Source of the DNA: Candidatus Kapaibacterium sp.
GTDB taxonomy: Bacteria; Bacteroidota; Ignavibacteria; Kapaibacteriales; UBA2268
Direction of reading: 5' to 3'
Length of the DNA: 64,000 nt
Assembly: GCA_963664875.1 (NCBI GenBank)
Contig: OY761611.1
Span: forward strand, 404,511 to 468,510
Shown: positions 20,387-29,529 of the stretch, piece by piece
How positions within the stretch are numbered: the stretch's first letter is position 1
Layout: every line of letters starts with the position of its first letter
The notes under the pieces: generated by a model
What the model was told of the DNA's origin: nothing
Databases searched by the model: none
The model's input: the letters and a program-made list of their open reading frames with translations, nothing else
Translations under genes and position numbers: made by a program

Positions 20387-21295
20387 TTATGCTTTTAAAG
20401 TATCTACCACTCTTTGTGCTATTTCAGTACTAACTCTTACCTGAGCTTCATCAGTAGAAGCACCTATGTGAGGAGTAACAGAAACATTTGGATGATTGAT
20501 AAGTTCTTTTTGAGCTTCGCCTGCAGGCTCAGTTTCAAATACATCAATTGCTGCAAAGTCAACTGTTCCATCATTAAGAGCTTTCAAAAGAGATTTTTCG
20601 CAAACTACACCACCACGAGCACAATTTACTACTACCATACCTTTTTTCATTTTTGCAAAGTCAGCTTCACCGAGTGCAGGACCTTGTTCTTTGATAAAAG
20701 GCATGTGCATAGAGATAAAGTCTGAAGTAGCTAATACTTCGTCTTTTGAAACAATTTTGACATCCATATTTGTTTCTTTAACAAAAGGATCAAAGGCAAT
20801 TACGTTCATTCCAAGTCCGATAGCTCTTTTTGCAGTTTCTCTTCCAATTGCACCTAAACCGAAAAGTCCTAATGTTTTGCCTGTAACTTCACGACCTTTG
20901 CTGTATTCTTTTTTAGGCCATTTGCCTTCTCTCATTTCTACATTGCTTCTGTGCAAGAATCTACCAACACTCATCATGTGTGCTATTGCTAATTCTGCAA
21001 CTGAAATTGAGGATGCTCCCGGAGTATTCAATACAGGAATGCCTTTTTCTTTAGCATAAACATGGTCTATGTTATCAATACCAACACCGGCACGTGCAAT
21101 AGCTTTCAAGTTAGTTCCTGCATCAATTACATCTTTTGGAACTTTAGTAGCTGAGCGAACAACAATAGCATCAAAATCTTTGATATTTGCTACTAAGTCA
21201 GCTGGTTCGTAAAATTGTTCTACAACTTCAAGACCATTGTCTTTTAAAATTTTTAGTCCGTCAGGATGCATACCGTCAGAAATTAACACTTTCAT
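20387..21295 (-). CDS. serA: D-3-phosphoglycerate dehydrogenase-like D-isomer-specific 2-hydroxyacid dehydrogenase (short form)
   Basis: [12 protein letters not shown]-binding motif, and a catalytic R/E/H arrangement typical of the D-2-hydroxyacid dehydrogenase family. 302 aa, so there is no ACT domain. Confidence 0.8.
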   Translation of the reverse strand: MKVLISDGMHPDGLKILKDNGLEVVEQFYEPADLVANIKDFDAIVVRSATKVPKDVIDAGTNLKAIARAGVGIDNIDHVYAKEKGIPVLNTPGASSISVAELAIAHMMSVGRFLHRSNVEMREGKWPKKEYSKGREVTGKTLGLFGLGAIGRETAKRAIGLGMNVIAFDPFVKETNMDVKIVSKDEVLATSDFISMHMPFIKEQGPALGEADFAKMKKGMVVVNCARGGVVCEKSLLKALNDGTVDFAAIDVFETEPAGEAQKELINHPNVSVTPHIGASTDEAQVRVSTEIAQRVVDTLKA

Positions 21296-21346
21296 GATGA
21301 CCTCGAATAAAATAGGTTAATATTAATATGGATTAAGTCTATAATC

Positions 21347-21378
21347 TTTTGACTATCTAAGTACTTAGATAGTCAAAA
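21347..21378. promoter_or_regulatory. perfect 28-bp palindrome TTGACTATCTAAGTACTTAGATAGTCAA, extended to 32 bp by flanking TT/AA; candidate operator
   Basis: Seen directly in the sequence. It lies 52 bp upstream of the serA start and 73 bp downstream of the TauE stop. There is no adjacent U-tract on either strand. Confidence 0.4.
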
Positions 21379-21450
21379 ATAAACAAAAAGGCATGAGTAC
21401 CCAAAAAAAATTGATAAATATAAAAAGAATAATCTTTACAGTGTCCGATT

Positions 21451-22176
21451 TTATAAAGTATTTAATATAAGAGATATGCCTAAAAGCAGAAGTAAGTAGT
21501 AAATAGCCTTATTGAAGGAGGATAAGTTCAATTTCTTATTTATATAAGTGCCTAATACGAATGCACATGCTGCAAAAGGAATACAAATAGAAAAAGTAGA
21601 AAACAGTTTGACTGTCCAAAGTCCACTAGTTATATGGGTAATTATTATTATTATGTTTGTTGGCAGAAAAAAGCCTTGAAGTTTGGCTCTAAATTCTTGT
21701 GGTTCCCATTTTGACAGGGTTCCATGTATAACTATAGGTGGTCCATTGACATTATAAGCTCCGCCTAACAGACCACTTATAATCGACAAAGAATATGCGA
21801 GAAAATTGTTTATCCTGAACTCAATAACATTATCAAAATATAGTTTAAACAGAGAAAAGAAGATGAGAGTTGCACCTAAAGATATATATATAATACTTTG
21901 ATTGATTTGTTGAACTAAAAATGCACCAATAGGTATTGTAAGTATTATTACAGCAAGTAGTTTATAATTGAATATTGCCTTGAAATTATTTTTATCTTTA
22001 ATAATAATACCAAGTGCTATTGCTGTGGAGAATAATGCAACGAGGGGAGAAGCTATAGATATATCAGTAACAAGCAGTAATAATGGCATTGCAATTAGAG
22101 CATCTGCAAAACCAAATATGGACCTTACTAATGAGGATAAAAATATAATTCCTGTTATAAGTATAATCTCTGTCAT
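21451..22176 (-). CDS. TauE/SafE (DUF81) family sulfite/anion exporter
   Basis: 241 aa polytopic membrane protein with the TauE-type internal repeat and a GxxxG-rich profile. Confidence 0.65.
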   Translation of the reverse strand: MTEIILITGIIFLSSLVRSIFGFADALIAMPLLLLVTDISIASPLVALFSTAIALGIIIKDKNNFKAIFNYKLLAVIILTIPIGAFLVQQINQSIIYISLGATLIFFSLFKLYFDNVIEFRINNFLAYSLSIISGLLGGAYNVNGPPIVIHGTLSKWEPQEFRAKLQGFFLPTNIIIIITHITSGLWTVKLFSTFSICIPFAACAFVLGTYINKKLNLSSFNKAIYYLLLLLGISLILNTL

Positions 22177-22294
22177 TTTTGTATGAAATTTAGTAAATCG
22201 AAATACTTTTTTATGAAATGATGTACGAAAATGCTAACTTGCATTTGGAAATCAATATCCAACTACAAATATATAGAAAAAAAGGAGTTTTGAA

Positions 22295-23377
22295 ATGAAA
22301 AGAGCTCATAATTTCAGTGCAGGTCCGGCAATATTACCTGTAAGTGTTTTGGAAGAAACTGCTCAGGCAGTGTTAAACTATAATAACACAGGCATGTCAA
22401 TAATGGAAATGAGCCACCGTTCTGCAGATTATGATAAAGTAATCAAAGAAGCACAAGCAGACGTACTTTCTATTATGAATTTATCTGCTGCTGATTACTC
22501 TGTTTTATTCCTTGGTGGTGGTGCTTCTTTGCAGTTTACAATGGTACCTCACAACTTCTTGAAAACTAAAGCTGATTACATCAATACAGGTGTATGGGCA
22601 ACTAAAGCAATCAAAGAAGCTAAGTTTATGGGTGAAACTAATGTAATTGCAAGCTCTGAAGATAAAAACTTTAACTACATTCCAAAAGATTTTAAAGTTA
22701 ATCCAGATGCTGATTATGTTCACTACACTACAAACAACACTATTTTCGGTACTGAATTCAAAGCTATTCCTGAAGTAGGCAATGTACCTTTGGTAGCTGA
22801 TATGTCTTCTGATATATTTTCAAGAGAATATGACTGGTCTAAATTCTCTTTGATTTATGCAGGTGCTCAAAAAAATATTGGTCCTGCAGGTGTTACCATG
22901 GTAGTTGTTAAAAATGCCTGGGTAGAAGAAGCAAACACTAACATCCCAACAATGTTAAAATATAAAACACATAGCTCTAAAGAGTCTATGTTCAACACTC
23001 CTCCTTGTTTACCAATTTTTGTTTTAGGTAAAACAATGAAATGGATTATGCAAGAAGGCGGTTTAGGAGCAATTCAAAAAATGAATGAAGAAAAAGCTGC
23101 AGTACTTTATGATTTCATGGATGCTAACAGCGATTTCTACAAAGGTACAGTTACAAACAAAGAAGATCGCTCTTTGATGAATGTAACATGGAACCTTCAA
23201 ACTCCTGAATTAGAAGCTAAGTTTATTAAAGAAGCCAAAGAATCTGAAAATATGACTAACTTAAAAGGTCATAGAGATGTTGGCGGCATCCGTGCTTCTA
23301 TTTACAATGCTTGTCCTAAATCTTCTGTTGAAGCTTTAGTAGCATTTATGGATAAATTCATGAAAAACAACAAGTAA
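22295..23377 (+). CDS. serC: 3-phosphoserine aminotransferase
   Basis: MKRAHNFSAGPAILP N-terminus and a class-V aminotransferase fold. GGAG lies 8 nt upstream. Confidence 0.9.
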   Translation: MKRAHNFSAGPAILPVSVLEETAQAVLNYNNTGMSIMEMSHRSADYDKVIKEAQADVLSIMNLSAADYSVLFLGGGASLQFTMVPHNFLKTKADYINTGVWATKAIKEAKFMGETNVIASSEDKNFNYIPKDFKVNPDADYVHYTTNNTIFGTEFKAIPEVGNVPLVADMSSDIFSREYDWSKFSLIYAGAQKNIGPAGVTMVVVKNAWVEEANTNIPTMLKYKTHSSKESMFNTPPCLPIFVLGKTMKWIMQEGGLGAIQKMNEEKAAVLYDFMDANSDFYKGTVTNKEDRSLMNVTWNLQTPELEAKFIKEAKESENMTNLKGHRDVGGIRASIYNACPKSSVEALVAFMDKFMKNNK

Positions 23378-23398
23378 TTGTTTATCTAGCTTATTGTA

Positions 23399-23432
23399 AA
23401 GCCTCTTGTACCAAACAAGGGGCTTTTTTTTG
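23399..23432 (+). terminator. intrinsic terminator of serC
   Basis: gcctcttg/caaggggc stem followed by T8. Confidence 0.6.
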
Positions 23433-23440
23433 CTCTGGTT

Positions 23441-23488
23441 ACCCAAAAAAATAAAAGAGGCTCTTTAATAACACATCAAAGAGCCTCT
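23441..23488 (-). terminator. intrinsic terminator of ftcD
   Basis: 11-bp perfect stem agaggctcttt/aaagagcctct. On the minus strand it is followed by a T-run (the plus-strand A8). Confidence 0.55.
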
Positions 23489-23508
23489 GTAAGTGATTAC
23501 TATAATAG

Positions 23509-25131
23509 CTATTTATCGCGACTGGATAAAATATCTAAGACTTCTTTGCATTTTATCTCAGCTCTTACTTTCATATCTTCTGCCTCTTTTAAGATTTCAG
23601 CTTTAAAAGCTTCATCTTGGATGCCTGGCATATTTATAAGTACATTTTTATAAGCACCCCAGATGCCAACTTCTAATGCACGAGCACCTACTTCAACATC
23701 AGACTTAGAAGCGATGTTGCCGAATTTTGCAACTTCAACCATTTTGTCCCAGGCTTTGTCGCCATTGCGCATGGTTGTAAGCGGTACTAAAATTGCTTTT
23801 TTAAGACCGTTTTGCATAGCTTCGTTACGTAATTTTTGCTCAGCTTCATTTCCCTTAGGTAAACGCATAGCATCAACATAATCATTAAAAGCGTTTGTAT
23901 CAGCGTCTATCATAGGAATCAAATCTTGAGTAGCATTATGCAATGTTGGTATAATGCCTCGCAATTCTGTTTCAATATTTTCAAATTTACGAACACCATA
24001 AGTAAGTTTTGCTACCATTGCTCCAAGACCTGTGCCAAGAGCAGCGATTGTCGCACTTACAGAACCACCTCCGGGTGCAGAAGTACGAGCCGCTACTTCT
24101 TCAGTAAACGCTCTTACTGTCATACTTGCTAATGGTTCATCTCTGTCTTCTTGGATTAGATATTCTATAATACGCTTTTTAGGGTCAAAATGCCCAACAG
24201 AGTTCAAGCCTAATCTCTCTATGACTAATCGAATTTTTTGTTCTTCATCTATAATAAAGAGGTTTTCTTTCTCCATATAATAGTCAGCTGCTTGCAACAT
24301 AGCTTCTAAAGGTACTAAACCTACTAATTCGGAGCCGGCAACAGCAACATTTATTTCCGAAGCAAGTCTTTTGGCTTCTTCGAAAGCTACATGGATTGGA
24401 GTTACTTTGTAGTTTGTGAGGTTCATAGTTATCTGAGCCATATTATACTCATCTACCCACCAGCCCATACCTTGTACTTCATCGAGTAAGCCGGGCTCGC
24501 CTGGACCTCTTCCATTTGTTCTTAAATCAAGAGCGATGCGATGTGCCTGATTGTTTGTACCGATAATATTTACATTATAAGCAATCAGAAAGAATCTCGC
24601 ACCTGTTGCAGATGCACCCCAAGAAGGAACAAATTCAGCCGGACCAAAATCAGGTTTCCATTCAGGATCGTAAATCTTTTGAGCCATGCCTTCATATTCT
24701 CCGGCACGGATATTAGGTAATTTGCGGCGTTTTTCTTCTTGAGCAGCCTCTCCGTATAGAAAAATCGGAACATTTAGTTCTTCAGCGCATCTTTTACCGA
24801 ATATTTTTGCCAACTCGACACATTCTTCCATTGTTGTGTTTGCCACAGGAATGAAAGGACATACATCTAAAGCACCCATACGTTTATGTTCACCCTTGTG
24901 ATGACGCATATCTATGAGTTCTTTGGCAACTTTAGAAGCATTGATAGCACCTTCGACAACTGCTTCAGGCTCACCAACAAAAGTGTAAACAGTACGATTA
25001 GTTGAAAATCCTGGATCAACATCTAATAAGCTACAGCCCGGAGTTTTTCTAATAGCTTCAGCAATAGCTTCTATTGTTTCTTTATTTCTACCTTCCGAGA
25101 AATTAGGAACGCACTCGACAATCTTTCTCAT
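23509..25131 (-). CDS. ftcD: bifunctional glutamate formimidoyltransferase / formimidoyltetrahydrofolate cyclodeaminase
   Basis: N-terminus MRKIVECVPNFSEGR (formiminotransferase) plus a C-terminal ~200-aa cyclodeaminase domain, giving 540 aa. Confidence 0.85.
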   Translation of the reverse strand: MRKIVECVPNFSEGRNKETIEAIAEAIRKTPGCSLLDVDPGFSTNRTVYTFVGEPEAVVEGAINASKVAKELIDMRHHKGEHKRMGALDVCPFIPVANTTMEECVELAKIFGKRCAEELNVPIFLYGEAAQEEKRRKLPNIRAGEYEGMAQKIYDPEWKPDFGPAEFVPSWGASATGARFFLIAYNVNIIGTNNQAHRIALDLRTNGRGPGEPGLLDEVQGMGWWVDEYNMAQITMNLTNYKVTPIHVAFEEAKRLASEINVAVAGSELVGLVPLEAMLQAADYYMEKENLFIIDEEQKIRLVIERLGLNSVGHFDPKKRIIEYLIQEDRDEPLASMTVRAFTEEVAARTSAPGGGSVSATIAALGTGLGAMVAKLTYGVRKFENIETELRGIIPTLHNATQDLIPMIDADTNAFNDYVDAMRLPKGNEAEQKLRNEAMQNGLKKAILVPLTTMRNGDKAWDKMVEVAKFGNIASKSDVEVGARALEVGIWGAYKNVLINMPGIQDEAFKAEILKEAEDMKVRAEIKCKEVLDILSSRDK

Positions 25132-25198
25132 TTGATACTCTTTAATATTCGATAAAATTCAATTATTGACTACCAAAAGCAAATTAGTAGAAATAATA

Positions 25199-25783
25199 CT
25201 ATTTTTCAAATAAATATATTTTCAGTCTAACCACGTTCGTCATCCACCTTCTGTCTGTTATATCCATAGGAAAAATGATTGAGAAAGAATTGAACACCAA
25301 TTTAGCAGGTCTTGTTAGTTTATTTATTTGACAGTATATTTTTTTTACAGTAGCGATTTTAAGTTCTTTATCTAAATCTGCATAATCAATAATACCTTTT
25401 TCGTTTTCTGATATTTTTACTGTATCGCCCACAGAGCCAACAACTTTGTCTATAAGCATCACGGGAGGAATAGCAGAAATGCTTTTAGAAATTTCATCAT
25501 AAGTAAAAAGCATAGAATATCCGTCTGCCGACTCAAACTCTAAGATAATCGAATTTGTATCACTAATACCGGCTTGCAGTACTATTTCCTGCAACGGCAG
25601 GGAATAATATTTTCCTAAAAAAGTATTTTTGCTATTATAGAACTCTGTTGAATATGATAAATTGAATAATTTATCGCTTAACTGATTCATTTCAAAAGTT
25701 TTGATTAGTTTAAGATTAGCACTAAGTCCATTATACAATAGACTTATAAAAATTACGCCTAAGATGGGAAAGATTCTAAACAT
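25199..25783 (-). CDS. hypothetical secreted protein
   Basis: 194 aa with a signal peptide. No motif was recognised. Confidence 0.4.
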   Translation of the reverse strand: MFRIFPILGVIFISLLYNGLSANLKLIKTFEMNQLSDKLFNLSYSTEFYNSKNTFLGKYYSLPLQEIVLQAGISDTNSIILEFESADGYSMLFTYDEISKSISAIPPVMLIDKVVGSVGDTVKISENEKGIIDYADLDKELKIATVKKIYCQINKLTRPAKLVFNSFSIIFPMDITDRRWMTNVVRLKIYLFEK

Positions 25784-25960
25784 AGTAGCAACAATCCATT
25801 TTATACATTAACATAACGCAAAATATACATTTTTTTTCAGTCATAGTAAAAGTAAAATCGCATATCGGCTCAAATATTTTTGTTTTCGATATAAAAGCGA
25901 CGTAAGTTGCAATTGATATATACTTTGTACAAAGATTTTACTCTAAGGAGTTTTTTTTAG

Positions 25961-26329
25961 ATGCAACGTATCATGTTCAAATCTAAAATACACAGAGCAT
26001 CAATAACTGATGCAAATTTGAATTATGAGGGTTCTCTAACTGTTGATCAGGATCTATTAGATCTTGCGGACATGAAACTTTACGAAAAGGTTTCTGTTGT
26101 CAATATCAACAATGGAGAACGCTTTGAAACTTACGTTATTCCGGGTGAAAGAGGAAAACGGGAAATATGTCTTAACGGAGCTGCCGCCAGAAAAGGTCAA
26201 CCGGGAGACAGAGTTATTATTATAACTTATGGGCATTATGATGACTCAGAGTTAGATAATTTCCAACCAACTGTTGTACTCGTCGATGAGAATAACGTGG
26301 TTATTTCTGCAACAAAACCGGAAAAATAA
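25961..26329 (+). CDS. panD: aspartate 1-decarboxylase
   Basis: [27 protein letters not shown], including the self-cleaving G-S site. GGAG lies upstream. Confidence 0.9.
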   Translation: MQRIMFKSKIHRASITDANLNYEGSLTVDQDLLDLADMKLYEKVSVVNINNGERFETYVIPGERGKREICLNGAAARKGQPGDRVIIITYGHYDDSELDNFQPTVVLVDENNVVISATKPEK

Positions 26330-27084
26330 TGAACAAACCACTTTCCACAGTAGTGCTTGCTGCCGGATTAGGCAAAAGGATGAATAATCCTGAATTACCC
26401 AAAGTATTGGCAAAAATGGATAATCAGCCTTTATTAGGACATGTATTGACCACATCTTCGCTATTAAACCCAACACAGCAAGTAATCATTGTTGGTCATT
26501 TTAGAGAAAAAGTAATCGATTATATAGAGTCTTCTTCTTTCAGCAATTGTGTCTTTGCAATTCAAGAAGAGCAGCTTGGCACAGCTCATGCGGTGATGCA
26601 AGCCAAAGAAGCTTTACAAAAATTTTATGGTAATGTCTTGATTCTTTGTGGGGATGTTCCTCTTTTATCTAAAAATACTTTAGATAGATTTATAGCTTCA
26701 CACGAAGACAATAAATCCGATGTTTCAGTTCTTTCGACATTTGCTGATGAGCCTTTTGGGTATGGCAGAATAATTCGAGATGAGGACTATTTCTTTATAG
26801 GCATAAAAGAAGAAAAAGATGCATCAGATGAAGAAAAAGAGATTTGTGAGATAAATAGTGGCGTATTTCTTATAGATAAAGAAATGCTATTTGCAGCTTT
26901 AGATAAAATAAATTCCGAGAACGCACAAGGCGAATATTATCTGACAGATATAATCTCCATTTTAAAATCTGAAAATCGGAATGTAATGGCTTTCCCTATA
27001 GCTGATTTTGAAGAGCTACAGGGAGTAAATACTCTCGAAGATTTACAAAGAGTCGAACTTGTATATAAATCATTAAAACAATAA
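26329..27084 (+). CDS. sugar-phosphate nucleotidyltransferase (GlmU N-terminal-domain-like, no acetyltransferase LbH domain)
   Basis: LAAGLGKRM and LILCGDVPLL motifs. 251 aa. The ATG overlaps the panD stop (TAATG). Confidence 0.6.
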   Translation: MNKPLSTVVLAAGLGKRMNNPELPKVLAKMDNQPLLGHVLTTSSLLNPTQQVIIVGHFREKVIDYIESSSFSNCVFAIQEEQLGTAHAVMQAKEALQKFYGNVLILCGDVPLLSKNTLDRFIASHEDNKSDVSVLSTFADEPFGYGRIIRDEDYFFIGIKEEKDASDEEKEICEINSGVFLIDKEMLFAALDKINSENAQGEYYLTDIISILKSENRNVMAFPIADFEELQGVNTLEDLQRVELVYKSLKQ

Positions 27085-27096
27085 GAGAGAAATAAC

Positions 27097-27504
27097 ATGA
27101 TACAATCCATCAATCACATTGGTATCGCAGTTAGTGATCTTGAAGCTTCTATTGAATTATTCAAAAAAATATTTCAATTCGAGCATTTGCACAGAGAAGT
27201 CGTAGAAGAACAAAAAGTAAGTGTAGGTTCTTTCAAAGTTGGCGAAGTTTTGATTGAACTTACAGCTCCAACCGACGAAGAATCACCAATTGCAAAATTT
27301 ATTGCAAAAAAAGGTGAAGGTATTCATCATATAGGATTTAATTCTGATAGTGTTTCTACAGACTTGGAAAGATTGAAAGGCGAAGGTATCAAACTTATTG
27401 ATGAATGTCCAAGAAATGGTGCTCACGATATGTTGATAGCATTTTTACACCCAAAATCTACAAATGGCGTGTTAACAGAAATCTGTATGCCTAAAGACAA
27501 GTAA
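27097..27504 (+). CDS. methylmalonyl-CoA epimerase / VOC (glyoxalase-fold) family protein
   Basis: INHIGIAVSDLE…GEGIHHIGF pattern. 135 aa. Confidence 0.65.
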   Translation: MIQSINHIGIAVSDLEASIELFKKIFQFEHLHREVVEEQKVSVGSFKVGEVLIELTAPTDEESPIAKFIAKKGEGIHHIGFNSDSVSTDLERLKGEGIKLIDECPRNGAHDMLIAFLHPKSTNGVLTEICMPKDK

Positions 27505-27624
27505 GTAGATTGAACAAAACTATTTATAATTGTCGTGTCGGATTATCTGACAGGACTTTTTATTTTTCAAATGATATGCTTTTTTTACTATTTTTGTTTT
27601 TTTAACAAATACAGGTAAAATGAT

Positions 27625-29358
27625 ATGTCAATCAAATCTTTATTGCAAGCAGTCATATTCACATCCGCATTTGGCTTAATAGTTTCTTGCGGTGAGCCTA
27701 ATAAAACAGATGAAAAATTGAATAACACAGAGGAAGTTGCAAAGATGACAACAGAATTTGATAAGTTAGCGTCGAAAATAGAAACAGAAATGAAGGTGGT
27801 ATATAGAAATTTAGCACTTTCTTATTTCGATGCTGCTGTTTCAGGGAAGGCAGAAGATTATAAAAAGGCAGAAGATTTCGAAAATGATTATAATAAACTT
27901 GTCTCAAATAAAGAATATTTTGCAGAGTTAAAGAAGATAAAAGATTCTGGTTTAGTAACAGACAGTATTCAAATCAGAAGGCTCAATATGCTTTATAATG
28001 CCTTTTTGGCTAACCAGATAAGCATAGAAAAGCTTCAAGAAACAACTGCTCTCCAAAGTGCAATCACTGAAAAATATTCCAAATTTAGAGCTGTTGTTGA
28101 TGGCAAACAGTTGGATGACAATCAAATAGAAAATATTTTGAGAGAATCAACCGACAACAATAAACTTAAAGCAACTTGGCTTGCACATAAAGAGTTAGGC
28201 AATGTGGTTGCTGAAGATATTATCAAGTTAGTTAAGCTCAGAAATGAAACAGCACGAACACTCGGTTTTAGAAATTATCACGAAATGTCGCTTACTCTAA
28301 GTGACCAAAATCCTCAGGATATAGAAAAGATATTCGATGAATTAGATTTGTTGACTAAAGAAGAATATATTTCTTTGAAAGGTGAAATAGATACTTATTT
28401 AGCTAAAAGACTTAACATAAAACCAGAAGAATTGATGCCTTGGCACTATCAAAACAGATTTTTCCAAGAGGCTCCACAGATTTACGAACTAAATTTGGAC
28501 AAATATTTCAAAGGACAAGATTTAGTAAAACTTACAGAAGATTATTTTGCTACAATAGACATGCCCATTAATGATATGGTAGCAAAAAGCGATTTGTTCC
28601 CTAAAGAAGGGAAAAATCAACATGCATTTTGCACAGACATAGACAGAGACAATGGCGACATTAGAGTACTCTGTAATGTTGTTGATAACCAAAGCTGGAT
28701 GAATACAATGCTACATGAGTATGGTCATGCTGTGTATTTCAAATACCATGATCAAACTCTTCCTTGGACCTTGAAAACACCTGCTCATACATTCACAACG
28801 GAAGCTATCGCAATGCTTTTCGGTAGAATGGCATCTAATCCTGATTGGATGCAAAGCATGCTGGGAATCAGCAAAAAAGAAGCAAAAAGTATCTCAAGCA
28901 CTGCTTTTAAATTACTAAAATTGGAGCAGCTTGTGTTCAGCAGATGGGCTCAGGTTATGTATAGATTCGAAAAAGAAATGTATAACAACCCTGATCAAGA
29001 CTTGAATCAGCTGTGGTGGGATATTGTTGAAAAGTATCAAATGATGAAAAAGCCTGAAGGAAGAAATATGCCGGATTGGGCAACCAAAACACATATTGCA
29101 ACTTCACCTTGCTATTATCACAACTATCTTCTTGGAGAATTGCTTGCGTCTCAGCTAGACCATTACATCAAAGTCAATATCCTTAAACAGGAATATTCAA
29201 TGCCTGCCGGTTATTACGCAAATAAGGAAGTAGGTAAATATCTAAAAGAAATGATTTATGCACCAGGAGCTAAATACTACTGGAATGATATGATAGAAAG
29301 GGCAACCGGTGAAAAACTTACTGCTAAATACTATGCAGAACAGTTTTTGACAAAATAG
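27625..29358 (+). CDS. M2-family (angiotensin-converting-enzyme-like) zinc peptidase, lipoprotein
   Basis: HEYGHAVYF…TEAIAMLFG parallels the ACE HEMGHIQY…EAIGDVLAL motif. Lipobox LIVSCGE. Confidence 0.65.
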   Translation: MSIKSLLQAVIFTSAFGLIVSCGEPNKTDEKLNNTEEVAKMTTEFDKLASKIETEMKVVYRNLALSYFDAAVSGKAEDYKKAEDFENDYNKLVSNKEYFAELKKIKDSGLVTDSIQIRRLNMLYNAFLANQISIEKLQETTALQSAITEKYSKFRAVVDGKQLDDNQIENILRESTDNNKLKATWLAHKELGNVVAEDIIKLVKLRNETARTLGFRNYHEMSLTLSDQNPQDIEKIFDELDLLTKEEYISLKGEIDTYLAKRLNIKPEELMPWHYQNRFFQEAPQIYELNLDKYFKGQDLVKLTEDYFATIDMPINDMVAKSDLFPKEGKNQHAFCTDIDRDNGDIRVLCNVVDNQSWMNTMLHEYGHAVYFKYHDQTLPWTLKTPAHTFTTEAIAMLFGRMASNPDWMQSMLGISKKEAKSISSTAFKLLKLEQLVFSRWAQVMYRFEKEMYNNPDQDLNQLWWDIVEKYQMMKKPEGRNMPDWATKTHIATSPCYYHNYLLGELLASQLDHYIKVNILKQEYSMPAGYYANKEVGKYLKEMIYAPGAKYYWNDMIERATGEKLTAKYYAEQFLTK

Positions 29359-29382
29359 TATATACTTTACATTTTATAAGAA

Positions 29383-29428
29383 AAACGGGTATTTATCAAA
29401 TCATTTGTTAAATGCTCGTTTTTTTTAT
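29383..29428 (+). terminator. intrinsic terminator of the M2 peptidase gene
   Basis: A G-U-containing stem aaaaacgggtattt/aaatgctcgttttt followed by T8. Confidence 0.5.
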
Positions 29429-29529
29429 ATCTTGACTCATATAACAATAATATTTAGTATTTTGACTAAATAAGACAACAATTGAGACTACGAATCCGTA
29501 TTCTTAGAATAGATAAAAACCAAATAGGA

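Noticed and set aside
19185-21059. Plus-strand ORFs (19185-19451, 19781-20110, 20414-20725, 20691-21059) antisense to DUF1015 and serA
   Set aside because: They are low-complexity and hydrophobic, and fully embedded opposite well-supported genes. These are typical shadow ORFs of AT-rich DNA.
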